Part shown: positions 40,441 through 48,961 of the stretch, piece after piece
How the letters are laid out: every line of letters begins with the position of its first letter
Numbering within the stretch: the first letter of the stretch is position 1
Assembly: GCA_965219085.1 (NCBI GenBank)
Contig: OZ244720.1
Coordinates: forward strand, 2,240,001-2,304,000
Length of the DNA: 64,000 nt
Direction: 5' to 3'
DNA from: Dehalococcoidia bacterium
GTDB taxonomy: Bacteria; Chloroflexota; Dehalococcoidia; UBA2979
Notes under the pieces: generated by a model
Databases searched by the model: none
Told to the model about the DNA's origin: nothing
The model's input: the letters and a program-made list of their open reading frames with translations, nothing else
Position numbers and translations under genes: made by a program

Positions 40441-41385
40441 CTACAGCGAGACGGCGAGGGAGCTGGCGGGGGGCAGGCTGGCCGTGTCGCCGTCGTCGGT
40501 GAGCGGGAGCCAGTTGGTGCCGCGGTCGTGCGAGGCCCACAGCCGCGCACCGGCCAGCACGAACGTCGTGTCGAGGCTGCCCGCCATGCGCGTCACCACG
40601 GGCGCGGCCGGCCACTCATCCTCGTCGCCGACGATGATCCGCATCCACCGCATGCCGCCGTCGATCGACCGGAACAGCGCGCCCTGTCCCGAGCGGCGGC
40701 GCGCCGCGCTCATCACCAGCGTGTCCAACGTGTCGGGCAGCACGGACACGGTGCGCGCGATCGAGCGGTCGAGGCCCGTGAGCGACTGCAGCCACGTGTA
40801 GCCGCCGTCCTCGGAGCGGAAGAGTCCGCTGCTCGTCGTGGCGTAGACGCGGTCCTTGTGCTCGGGGTGCTCGTAGAGCCCGGTCACGGCGGGATCGATG
40901 CCCTCGGAGCGCGGCATCCAGCCGCGGCCCTCGTCCATCGAGAGCCACACCCCCGCGCCGCGCACACCGACGAGGATGCCGTCGGGCGGGAACGCGATCG
41001 CCGTCAGCGCCCACTCGGCGTTGCTGACCGTGACCGTGCTGCGCGTGCGCTGGTAGCGCACCACGCTTTCGAGCGTGACCGAAGGCTGCCACGTCGCTCC
41101 GCCGTCGGTCGAGCGCAGCAGCTTCGGGGGCGCGGCGCCGACGAGCAGGTCGCCGTCCGGCGTGATGCGCGCCGACCGCGCATCGCCCTCCCACACCTGC
41201 CGCCAGTCCGACGGCGGCCCGCCGTCGTGCAACCACACGCCGTGGCCGGGTGACGTGACGACGGCGACACCCTCGTGCGCGTCGACGCTCGCGATCGGCA
41301 GGTCGGGGATGAGGGGGCGCGGACGCTCGCCGGGGAAGAACCCGTAGAGCCCGCGTTCGGTGCCGATGAGGATCCCGAGGCTCAC
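40441..41385 (-). CDS. BNR/Asp-box beta-propeller protein
   Basis: Repeated S.D.G..W motifs (STDGGATW, SMDEGRGW, SEDGGYTW, SIDGGMRW, SHDRGTNW). Confidence 0.85.
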   Translation of the reverse strand: MSLGILIGTERGLYGFFPGERPRPLIPDLPIASVDAHEGVAVVTSPGHGVWLHDGGPPSDWRQVWEGDARSARITPDGDLLVGAAPPKLLRSTDGGATWQPSVTLESVVRYQRTRSTVTVSNAEWALTAIAFPPDGILVGVRGAGVWLSMDEGRGWMPRSEGIDPAVTGLYEHPEHKDRVYATTSSGLFRSEDGGYTWLQSLTGLDRSIARTVSVLPDTLDTLVMSAARRRSGQGALFRSIDGGMRWMRIIVGDEDEWPAAPVVTRMAGSLDTTFVLAGARLWASHDRGTNWLPLTDDGDTASLPPASSLAVSL

Positions 41386-41406
41386 GTTACGGCCGGCTGT
41401 CCGCGG

Positions 41407-42219
41407 TCAGGCCGGGCGGCGTGCGCGCACGGCGTCGACGAGCCGCGGCAGCAACTCCCCGGCCGGGCCGCGCAGGATCACGGTCGCGATGGCCGTGAGC
41501 GCGGTGGGGTCGGGGTCGATCTCGATGAGCGGCACGCCGCGGCGCACGGCGATCTGCGGGAACTCCGCCGCCGGGTACACCTGCGCGGTGGTGCCGATGA
41601 TCATGAACAGGTCGCACTGCAGCGACTCGAGCTGCGAGCGCTGGAGCGCGTACGGCGGGATCGGCTCGCCGAACATCACGCCGTCGCTCTTCACGACGCC
41701 GTTGCAATCTGGCTGGGAGCAGCGAGGCGGCAGGTTCTCGGGGTCGATGGTGACCTCGGCGGCTGGCCAGCGGGAGTGGCAGGCCATGCAGCGCATCCAG
41801 TTCGTGTTGCCGTGGATCTCGGTGAGCGACTCGGTGCCGCCCTGGCGGTGCAGGTCGTCGACGTTCTGCGTGATGACGTGCTGCACCACGCCGATGCGTT
41901 CCAGCTCTGCGAGCGCACGGTGCCCGTCGTTGGGCTGGGCGGCCTCGAGCTTCACGCGGAAGTCGTCCATGTCGGGATCGGGCTGGGCGTCCCGCGCGAT
42001 CTGCTCTTCCCACCAGCTGCGGGGGTCCTCCATGAACTTCTGGTAGCCGTCCATGGCGGGCTCGCCGAGCTTCGTCCACAGGCCGTCCGGCCCGCGGAAG
42101 GTGGGGATGCCGGACTCCTTGGAGATGCCGGCGCCGGTCAGCACGACGTTGTGCGTGGATCCCGCGAGCAGGTCCGCGGCGCGCTCAAGTTCGAGGTCGA
42201 GGTTCGCTGGATCGGCCAC
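41407..42219 (-). CDS. cobB: NAD-dependent deacylase (Sir2 family)
   Basis: TGAGISKESGIPTFRG, ITQNVDDLH, EIHGN, zinc-binding Cys pairs. Confidence 0.92.
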   Translation of the reverse strand: MADPANLDLELERAADLLAGSTHNVVLTGAGISKESGIPTFRGPDGLWTKLGEPAMDGYQKFMEDPRSWWEEQIARDAQPDPDMDDFRVKLEAAQPNDGHRALAELERIGVVQHVITQNVDDLHRQGGTESLTEIHGNTNWMRCMACHSRWPAAEVTIDPENLPPRCSQPDCNGVVKSDGVMFGEPIPPYALQRSQLESLQCDLFMIIGTTAQVYPAAEFPQIAVRRGVPLIEIDPDPTALTAIATVILRGPAGELLPRLVDAVRARRPA

Positions 42220-42358
42220 GGCCCGCCCCCCTGTTGGCTCGCCTGCATCGTAGTAGGCGTTGATCACACTCACAACGCCGGGGGCTCACAACATCGAGGG
42301 CTCGCTGCGCGGACGTGACCTATGCTGGATATGGCGCTCCCGCGATGAAGGAGAGGCG

Positions 42359-43672
42359 ATGCACCTGCGGACCATCCTGTTGGCGATCGGCCTTGTGGCC
42401 GCGGCGCTCCTCGTCGCTTGCAGCGGCGATGACGACGACGCCACCATGATGGAGGAGGACGCCCCGGCTACGGCCTCGCCGGCCGCCTCGCAGGCGGCGG
42501 CAACGGCGACCGCATCGCCGACCGCATCGCTGACGGCGGAGGCCAGCCCGGAGGCGACGCCGGCCGCGACCGCGACGCCCAACCCCTCGGCCGAGGCGGC
42601 GAAGGAGGCGCAGCGCGAGTTGATCGCGCGCCGGCTGCAGGAGGACTTCCCGCTCCTCGACACCACCAGGACGACGATCGACCTCGCGGACATCATCGGC
42701 CTGCTGCCACCCGACGCGATCCCCTCGATCGACGAGCCGAACTTCGACACCGTCGCGGCGGCCGGCGCGTGGCTGCAGGCGCAGGAGCCGGTGATCGCGT
42801 TCGAGCACAACGCCGACGCGCGCGCCTACCCGCTGCACATCCTGACGTGGCACGAGATCGTCAACGACGTCGTCGGCGGCGAGCCGGTGATCGTGACGTA
42901 CTGCCCGCTCTGCAACTCCGCGATCGTGTTCTCGCGCAGCGTGGACGGCGGGGTCCGCGAGTTCGGCACGTCCGGCAAGCTACGCCGCAGCGACTTGATC
43001 ATGTACGACCGCACCAACGAGTCGCTGTGGCAGCAGCTCACGGGCGAGGCCATCGTCGGCGTCGACGCCGGGACCGTGCTCGACTTCCTGCCGGCGCAGA
43101 TCGTGTCGTTCGAGGAGTTCGGCGCGGCCTACCCCGGCGGCATGGTGCTCAACCAGGAGACGGGCCACTTCCGCAACTACGGCCAGAACCCCTACGTCTA
43201 CTACGACACCGGCGACCGCTTCATCGTCGCCGTCCCGGAGTTCGACGATGCACGCCTCGACGCCAAGGAACGCGTGCTGACCGTCGAGGTCAACGGCGAG
43301 GCCGCCGCGTTCGCGTGGCGGGCGCTCAGCGAGCTCGTGGTCATCGAGGCGGCGATCGGCGGCGAGCCGGTCGTGGCGTTCTGGCAGCCGGGCGCGGTCT
43401 CCGCGCTCGACGACGCGTTCATCGTCGGCAGTCGCAACGTCGGCTCGGCCGGCGCGTTCGTGCCGGTGCTCGACGGCGAACGGCTGACGTTCGAGGAGCG
43501 CGACGGCGCCATCGTCGACGTCGGGACGGGCAGCACGTGGAACGTGCTCGGGCAGGCGGTCGAGGGGCCACTGGCCGGATCGCAGCTCGAGCCGGTGGTG
43601 TCGGGCAGCCACTTCTGGTTCGCATGGTCGGTCTTCAAGCCGGAAACGCGCGTGATCCTGACCAGCGGTTAA
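42359..43672 (+). CDS. DUF3179-family lipoprotein
   Basis: LVAC lipobox; DAIPSID, ARAYPL.ILTWHEIVND, TYCPLCNS, MYDRTNESLWQQ, FWFAW. Confidence 0.88.
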   Translation: MHLRTILLAIGLVAAALLVACSGDDDDATMMEEDAPATASPAASQAAATATASPTASLTAEASPEATPAATATPNPSAEAAKEAQRELIARRLQEDFPLLDTTRTTIDLADIIGLLPPDAIPSIDEPNFDTVAAAGAWLQAQEPVIAFEHNADARAYPLHILTWHEIVNDVVGGEPVIVTYCPLCNSAIVFSRSVDGGVREFGTSGKLRRSDLIMYDRTNESLWQQLTGEAIVGVDAGTVLDFLPAQIVSFEEFGAAYPGGMVLNQETGHFRNYGQNPYVYYDTGDRFIVAVPEFDDARLDAKERVLTVEVNGEAAAFAWRALSELVVIEAAIGGEPVVAFWQPGAVSALDDAFIVGSRNVGSAGAFVPVLDGERLTFEERDGAIVDVGTGSTWNVLGQAVEGPLAGSQLEPVVSGSHFWFAWSVFKPETRVILTSG

Positions 43673-43735
43673 CGCTTCGCTGACGCATGGCGAGCATCGA
43701 ACGATAATGATGGTAGTGGCGAAGGGGCACGAGGC

Positions 43736-44452
43736 ATGGAAGAGTCGCAGACGCGGAGGCTGATCCGCTACACCATCGTCGTGGCGATCGTCGTCGTGCT
43801 CGGCGCGCTCTACGTGCAGCGCGAGATCCTCACCGACGACGAGGTCATGGTTGCCGTTCCCCCTCCCGCCCCCACCCAGGCCGCCGACGCGACGGACGAC
43901 GGATCGACGGACGACGATGCGACCGGGGACGGCTCGACTGAGGACAGCGCACGCGGCTCGACGATGGTGGCCGTCGGACTGCTCGACGACCGCCCCGTCG
44001 AGCTGGACGAGTTGGCGCCGGACTTCCGCCTGACGGACCTCGACGGCAGGGTCGTGATGCTCTCCGACTTCCGCGGCAAGACCGTCGTGCTCAACTTCTG
44101 GGCGAGCTGGTGCCCGCCGTGCCGCGAGGAGATGCCGGAGTTCCAGGCGCTCTGGGACGAGCGCGGCGCCGAGGGCTCCGACGACCTCGTGGTGCTTGCC
44201 GTGAACTTCCTCCGCGACGACAGCGTGAGCGCGGCGACGAACTTCATTCAGGCCAACGACTTCACGTTCCCCGTCATCTTCGACACGACACGCGGCGAGG
44301 TCGCCCAGCGCTACGGCGTGCGAGGACTCCCCGCGACGTTCTTCATCGACCGCAACGGCATCGTGCGCACCACGGCACTCGGCCCGGTCTTCGGCAACCT
44401 GCTCGAGACGGGCATCGCGGACGCCGACACCGAGGGGGGCACGGTCCAGTGA
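43736..44452 (+). CDS. Membrane-anchored TlpA/ResA thiol-disulfide oxidoreductase
   Basis: N-terminal TM helix; [31 protein letters not shown]. Confidence 0.92.
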   Translation: MEESQTRRLIRYTIVVAIVVVLGALYVQREILTDDEVMVAVPPPAPTQAADATDDGSTDDDATGDGSTEDSARGSTMVAVGLLDDRPVELDELAPDFRLTDLDGRVVMLSDFRGKTVVLNFWASWCPPCREEMPEFQALWDERGAEGSDDLVVLAVNFLRDDSVSAATNFIQANDFTFPVIFDTTRGEVAQRYGVRGLPATFFIDRNGIVRTTALGPVFGNLLETGIADADTEGGTVQ

Positions 44453-44964
44453 TCGGTCGTCCGGCGCGCCGGCTGGGCGCGTTCGCGGCCCTGCTCGCGC
44501 TTGGCGCACTCCTCGCCGTCGCGTGCGGTGACAGCGCATCGGACGGGCAGCTGGCGGAGCGCGCCGGCTCGACGTCCGGCTTCCCCACCGGCCCCGCGGT
44601 GACGGTGCCCGAGGGCTTCCAGGGGCCCGCCGAGGGCGTCGGGTCCACCGGCGCCTGGCTCCCGGACAACGAGCAGCCCACGCTCGTGTTCGTCGATGCG
44701 ATTTGGTGACCGTTCTGCGCTCCGGCGCGGTCCGTCGTGCACGGACTCCGCAATGAGTACCAGGACCGGGTGAACTTCGTCATCCTCGACTACGATGAGG
44801 GCGACGAGCGCTCGCTTGCCGAGCGTCTCGGCGCCGGCTCGCACCCGGCGTACGCGACGGTCACGCCCGGCGCCGGCGAGGTGGTGAGCAGCTTCTTCGG
44901 GCCGGCGCCCGAGGCTCAGTTGCGCGAGGTGCTCGATACACTCATCGCCGAGCACGGCGGATAG
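44449..44964 (+). CDS. Thioredoxin-fold lipoprotein, predicted selenoprotein (UPFC)
   Basis: GTG start overlaps the tlpA stop; LAVAC lipobox; in-frame TGA 44707-44709 in W-U-P-F-C; frame continues to TAG 44964. Confidence 0.85.
44730..44746 (+). promoter_or_regulatory. SECIS-like hairpin 1
   Basis: GTCCGT-cgtgc-ACGGAC at +21 to +37 after the TGA. Confidence 0.7.
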
Positions 44965-44988
44965 CGTGACGGTGGCGACGGGGGTCGC

Positions 44989-46062
44989 ATGTTGAGCGTG
45001 TGGTCGAGGCGGATCCGGTCGTGGGGCGCGCTCGCCGCGCTCGGCCTCGCCGTGGCCGCGCTCGCCGCCTGCACGGGCGACGACGAGGAGCCGGCCGAGC
45101 CGCCGGCCGTCGCCACGCCTGTTGTGACGGCAACGCCCACGACCCCGCCCGCAGCCACACCGTCGCCCACGGCGACGCAGGCGCCTCGGACGACTGCTCC
45201 GGCGACCGCGACCGCGACGGCCACAGCGACGGCGACGGCTACTGAGACCGCGACGGCGACTGCGACAGCCACAGCGCCCAGCGCACCTCCGCCCACCGCG
45301 ACCGCGACTCCGGCCGCGAGGGCCGCCGCACAGCCCTCGCCGACCGCCACGGCCGCGCCGGCCGCGGCGGCGTCGACGGCAACCGCGACGCCCGAGGCGA
45401 CACCCCGACCGCAGCCAACGGCGACCGCCACCCCGGCTCCGACACCCACGCCGCGGCCCACGGCGACTCCACACCCGACAGCGACCGCGACACCGCGGCC
45501 CACAGCGACTCCACGCCCGACAGCGACCGCTGCGCCCACGCCGACCGCGACCTCGACGCCTGCACCTACGCCTCCGCCGACACCCGATCCCACGCCCGAG
45601 CCGACGCCTGACCCCACCCCGGAGCCGACTCCGCAGCCGACGCCTGAACCCACTCCAGAGCCAGAGCCCGAGTACGACTTCCCTACCGGCGAGGCCGTGC
45701 TCGTGGCGGACGACTACGAACCACCGAGCAACTCCCTCGGTTCGACGGGAGCGTGGTTGCCCGCCAACGGGAAGCCGACGTTCGTCGTCGTCGGAGCACA
45801 GTGGTGACCGCACTGCCGCCGTGCAAAGCCCGTCGTGAACGGGCTCCGACTAGAGTTCCAGGACCGGGTGAACTTCGTCATCCTCGATTTGGACCGCGGG
45901 GCCGACCGAAGGTTGGCGCGCACCCTCGGGCTGGCGGGTCACCCGAACTTCGGCACGCTCGCGCCCAACTCGAACGAGGTGGTGCAGGGGCTCTTCTCCG
46001 CACCGCGCAGCGGCGAGTTGCGCGCGATGATCGAGGCGCTCCTGGAGGAGCCCGGCGGGTAG
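44989..46062 (+). CDS. Thioredoxin-fold lipoprotein with long Pro/Thr/Ala stalk, predicted selenoprotein (UPHC)
   Basis: LAAC lipobox; in-frame TGA 45805-45807 in W-U-P-H-C; frame continues to TAG 46062; paralog of the upstream gene. Confidence 0.85.
45828..45844 (+). promoter_or_regulatory. SECIS-like hairpin 2
   Basis: GCCCGT-cgtga-ACGGGC at +21 to +37 after the TGA. Confidence 0.7.
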
Positions 46063-46130
46063 CGCTCGCCACCCTCGCCACCGCGCGCTGCCGGAGGGCC
46101 GCCGACCTGGCGGAGTGCTAGCGTGACGCC

Positions 46131-47069
46131 GTGACTGCCTCGCTCGCACCGATACGCACACGCATGCAGGTACGCGAGTGGGTCGCGCTGCTCGTCGGCG
46201 TGTCGGCGGTGTCCTGGGCGGCGCCGCTCATCCGTCTCGCCGACGCGCCCGCGCTCACGGTCGCGGCCCTGCGCCTCACGTTCGCGGCGATCCCGCTGCT
46301 CGTGCTGGCGCTGCTGCTGCGGCGCGGCGAGTTGCGGACGCTGCGTCGAGGAGATCTGGCGCTGCTCGTGCTGGCGGGACTGTGCATCGGGGCGCACTTC
46401 GGCTTCTGGGTCGCGTCGGTGCAGGACACCTCGCTCGTGGCGAGCACGGCGATCGTCGCGACGCAGCCGCTCTTCGCCGGGGTCGGCGGCTGGCTGCTGC
46501 TCGGCGAGCGGCTCACGAGGTCGCTCATGCTGGGCATCGCGATCGCGGCGGCGGGCGCGCTGCTGCTGGCCGCCGAGGACCTGGGCGAGGCGACCTCGCT
46601 GCGCGGCGACTTCTTCGCACTCCTCGGAGCGGCGTTCGTCGCGGCCTACTTCCTCGCCGGGCGGCGGGCGCGGGCTGGACTCTCGAACGTGAGCTACGCG
46701 GCGATCGTGAACAGCGTCGGCGCCTGCGCGCTGCTGCTGACGCTGACGCTGAGTGGCGGCTCGCCGGTGGGGCACGAGGGCGACGCGTACGTGTTCATCG
46801 TGCTGCTGGCGCTCGTGCCGCAGCTGATCGGGCACGGCTCGCTGACGTGGGCGCTCGGGTCGCTGCCCGCCGTGGTGGTGACCGTGGCCGCGCTCGGCGA
46901 GCCCGTCGGGGCGGCCGCGATCGGCGCCACGCTGCTCGATGAGCCGCCTACACTCGTGGAACTGATCGGGGCAGCCGTGCTGCTCTGCGGCGTATATGTG
47001 GCGCTGCGTGGCGGGCCGGGCGTCGCGCTCGGCGCAGCGCCGCCACGTGGAAGCGAGGGGACGCAATGA
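46131..47069 (+). CDS. DMT/EamA family transporter
   Basis: About 10 hydrophobic segments in two repeats; LLGER, LGEPVGA. Confidence 0.88.
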   Translation: MTASLAPIRTRMQVREWVALLVGVSAVSWAAPLIRLADAPALTVAALRLTFAAIPLLVLALLLRRGELRTLRRGDLALLVLAGLCIGAHFGFWVASVQDTSLVASTAIVATQPLFAGVGGWLLLGERLTRSLMLGIAIAAAGALLLAAEDLGEATSLRGDFFALLGAAFVAAYFLAGRRARAGLSNVSYAAIVNSVGACALLLTLTLSGGSPVGHEGDAYVFIVLLALVPQLIGHGSLTWALGSLPAVVVTVAALGEPVGAAAIGATLLDEPPTLVELIGAAVLLCGVYVALRGGPGVALGAAPPRGSEGTQ

Positions 47070-48322
47070 CCGAGGACACGACGGGCCCGAACGCCGCGAA
47101 CGGCGGCCCGCTCGCGGGCGTGCGCGTGCTCGACCTCAGCTGGGTGCTCGCCGGGCCGTACTGCACGATGGTCCTCGCGGACCTCGGCGCCGACGTGGTG
47201 AAGTGCGAGCGCCCGCCATTCGGCGACGTCGCGCGCACCACGGGCCCGCTCGTCGACGGCGAGTCCGGCTACTTCTTCAGCATCAACCGCGGCAAGCGCA
47301 GCATCGCCATCGACCTCAAGCTCGAGGCCGGCCGCGACCTGTTCCTGCGGCTCGTGCCAGAGTTCGACGTGATCGTCGAGAACTTTCGCCCGGGCACCCT
47401 CGAACGGCTCGGGCTCGGCTACGAGCAGCTCGCCGAGGTGCACCCGAAGCTCGTCTACCTCGCCATCTCCGGTTACGGGCAGACTGGGCCGATGCGCGAC
47501 CGGCCGGCCCTCGACGTGGTCGTGCAGGGCGCGGGTGGCGTGATGTCGATCACCGGCGAGCCGGGCGGTCCGCCGATCCGGCCGGGGCTCTCGCTGGGCG
47601 ACATCGCCGGCGGGCTGTTCGGCGCGATCGGCGTGCTGTCCGCGCTGCGTGAGCGCGACCAGTCCGGCCTCGGCCAGTTCGTCGACGTCTCGATGCTCGA
47701 CTGCCAGCTCGCGGTCCTCGAGAACGCGTTCCTGCGCTACCACCTCACGGGTGAGACGCCGCAGCCGATGGGCACGAGGCACTCGTGGGCGGTGCCGTTC
47801 CAGGCGTTCCCGACGGCCGACGGGCATCTCGTGATCGCGCTCGCGTGGGGCGTCCCCAACCAGTGGGCATTGCTGTGCTCCGAGCTCGGCCTCGTCGAGC
47901 TCATCGACGACCCCCGGTTCGCCGCGAGCCACCAGCGCTCCGCCAACCACGCTGAGCTGGAACCGCTGCTCAACGAGGCGTTCCGCACGCGCACCACGGC
48001 GGACTGGCTGGAACGCCTCGAGCCCTACGGCATCCCGTGCGGGCCGGTGAACAACATCGCCGAGGCGGCCGCGCACCCGCAGGTGGCGGCGCGCGAGATG
48101 CTGGTGCCAGTCGAGCACCCGGAGCTCGGCACGCTGCCGCTGGTCAGCACGCCGGTGAAGCTCTCACGCACGCCGGGTGGCATCCGCGGGGCATCGCCGG
48201 ACATGGGTGAGCACTCGCGCGAAGTGCTCGCCGAGCGACTCGGGCTGGATGCCGGGGAGGTCGACGCACTGATCGCGGGGCAGATCGTGTGGGAGGAGCG
48301 CCCGCCGGTCGATCTGGGATGA
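47066..48322 (+). CDS. CaiB/BaiF CoA-transferase
   Basis: PLAGVRVLDLS..LAGPY, NRGKRSI, ENFRPG, GYGQTGP. Confidence 0.93.
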   Translation: MTEDTTGPNAANGGPLAGVRVLDLSWVLAGPYCTMVLADLGADVVKCERPPFGDVARTTGPLVDGESGYFFSINRGKRSIAIDLKLEAGRDLFLRLVPEFDVIVENFRPGTLERLGLGYEQLAEVHPKLVYLAISGYGQTGPMRDRPALDVVVQGAGGVMSITGEPGGPPIRPGLSLGDIAGGLFGAIGVLSALRERDQSGLGQFVDVSMLDCQLAVLENAFLRYHLTGETPQPMGTRHSWAVPFQAFPTADGHLVIALAWGVPNQWALLCSELGLVELIDDPRFAASHQRSANHAELEPLLNEAFRTRTTADWLERLEPYGIPCGPVNNIAEAAAHPQVAAREMLVPVEHPELGTLPLVSTPVKLSRTPGGIRGASPDMGEHSREVLAERLGLDAGEVDALIAGQIVWEERPPVDLG

Positions 48323-48370
48323 CGAGCGGCCCCGTAGGGGCCGCGCCGATCCAAATCATGAGTAGGTAGC

Positions 48371-48406
48371 GCGTTCGGCGTGCGCATCGTTGACTATCAC
48401 GCGTAG
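48371..48406 (+). pseudogene. 3' remnant of a higB toxin gene
   Basis: Encodes AFGVRIVDYHA*, matching the HigB C-terminal IVDYH motif, directly upstream of higA. Confidence 0.6.
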
Positions 48407-48417
48407 GAGCTATCGAC

Positions 48418-48705
48418 ATGTTGCCGGAGCAGCGGATCCCGACCCACCCTGGCGAGATTCTGGCGGAGGAGTTCCTGAAGCCGCTCGATCTCACGCAGGT
48501 CGCGCTTGCGCATCATATCAGCGTGCCGGTGCAGCGGGTGAACGAGATCGTGCGCGGGAAGCGCGGGATCACGGCGGAGACGGCCTGGCTCCTATCCGGC
48601 GCGTTTGGGACCACACCGGACTTCTGGATCAATCTCCAGACGAGCTACGACCTTGCCACGAAGCGGCCCGACCGGCAGGTGGAACGGCTGGGCGTGACCG
48701 GGTAA
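48418..48705 (+). CDS. higA: HigA antitoxin
   Basis: PTHPGEILAEEFLKPL...RVNEIVRGKRGITAETA...FWINLQ. Confidence 0.92.
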   Translation: MLPEQRIPTHPGEILAEEFLKPLDLTQVALAHHISVPVQRVNEIVRGKRGITAETAWLLSGAFGTTPDFWINLQTSYDLATKRPDRQVERLGVTG

Positions 48706-48961
48706 CGCCACCGAGCTACATCTACCTGTACCTGCCCGATCAACCCCAACGCCTACGTCGGCCAGCCTCAGTGACACGAGGTTCTGACTTCGGACCCGCA
48801 GCACACCGACAATCCTGCTGACACTGATTGCCACGCTTTACACCACGCGCGCGAAGCGCCGACAATGTGCTCGCGCCTTGGGCTCTCATGTGCCGTGGGC
48901 TAAGATGGATCGTCGGAAGCTCCACGGGCCGGGGCGTGCCCAGTTCAGGAGGCAGATCGCG

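Noticed and set aside
45100-45680. DNA repeat element
   Set aside because: Repetitiveness comes from a Pro/Thr/Ala protein linker inside a CDS.
44707-45807. Nonsense pseudogenes or four separate small genes
   Set aside because: The TGA is at the same catalytic position in both paralogs, with a conserved downstream frame and hairpin; selenocysteine recoding explains this better.
48706-48960. Riboswitch or ncRNA upstream of gltB
   Set aside because: No recognisable consensus by eye; needs an Rfam/Infernal scan.
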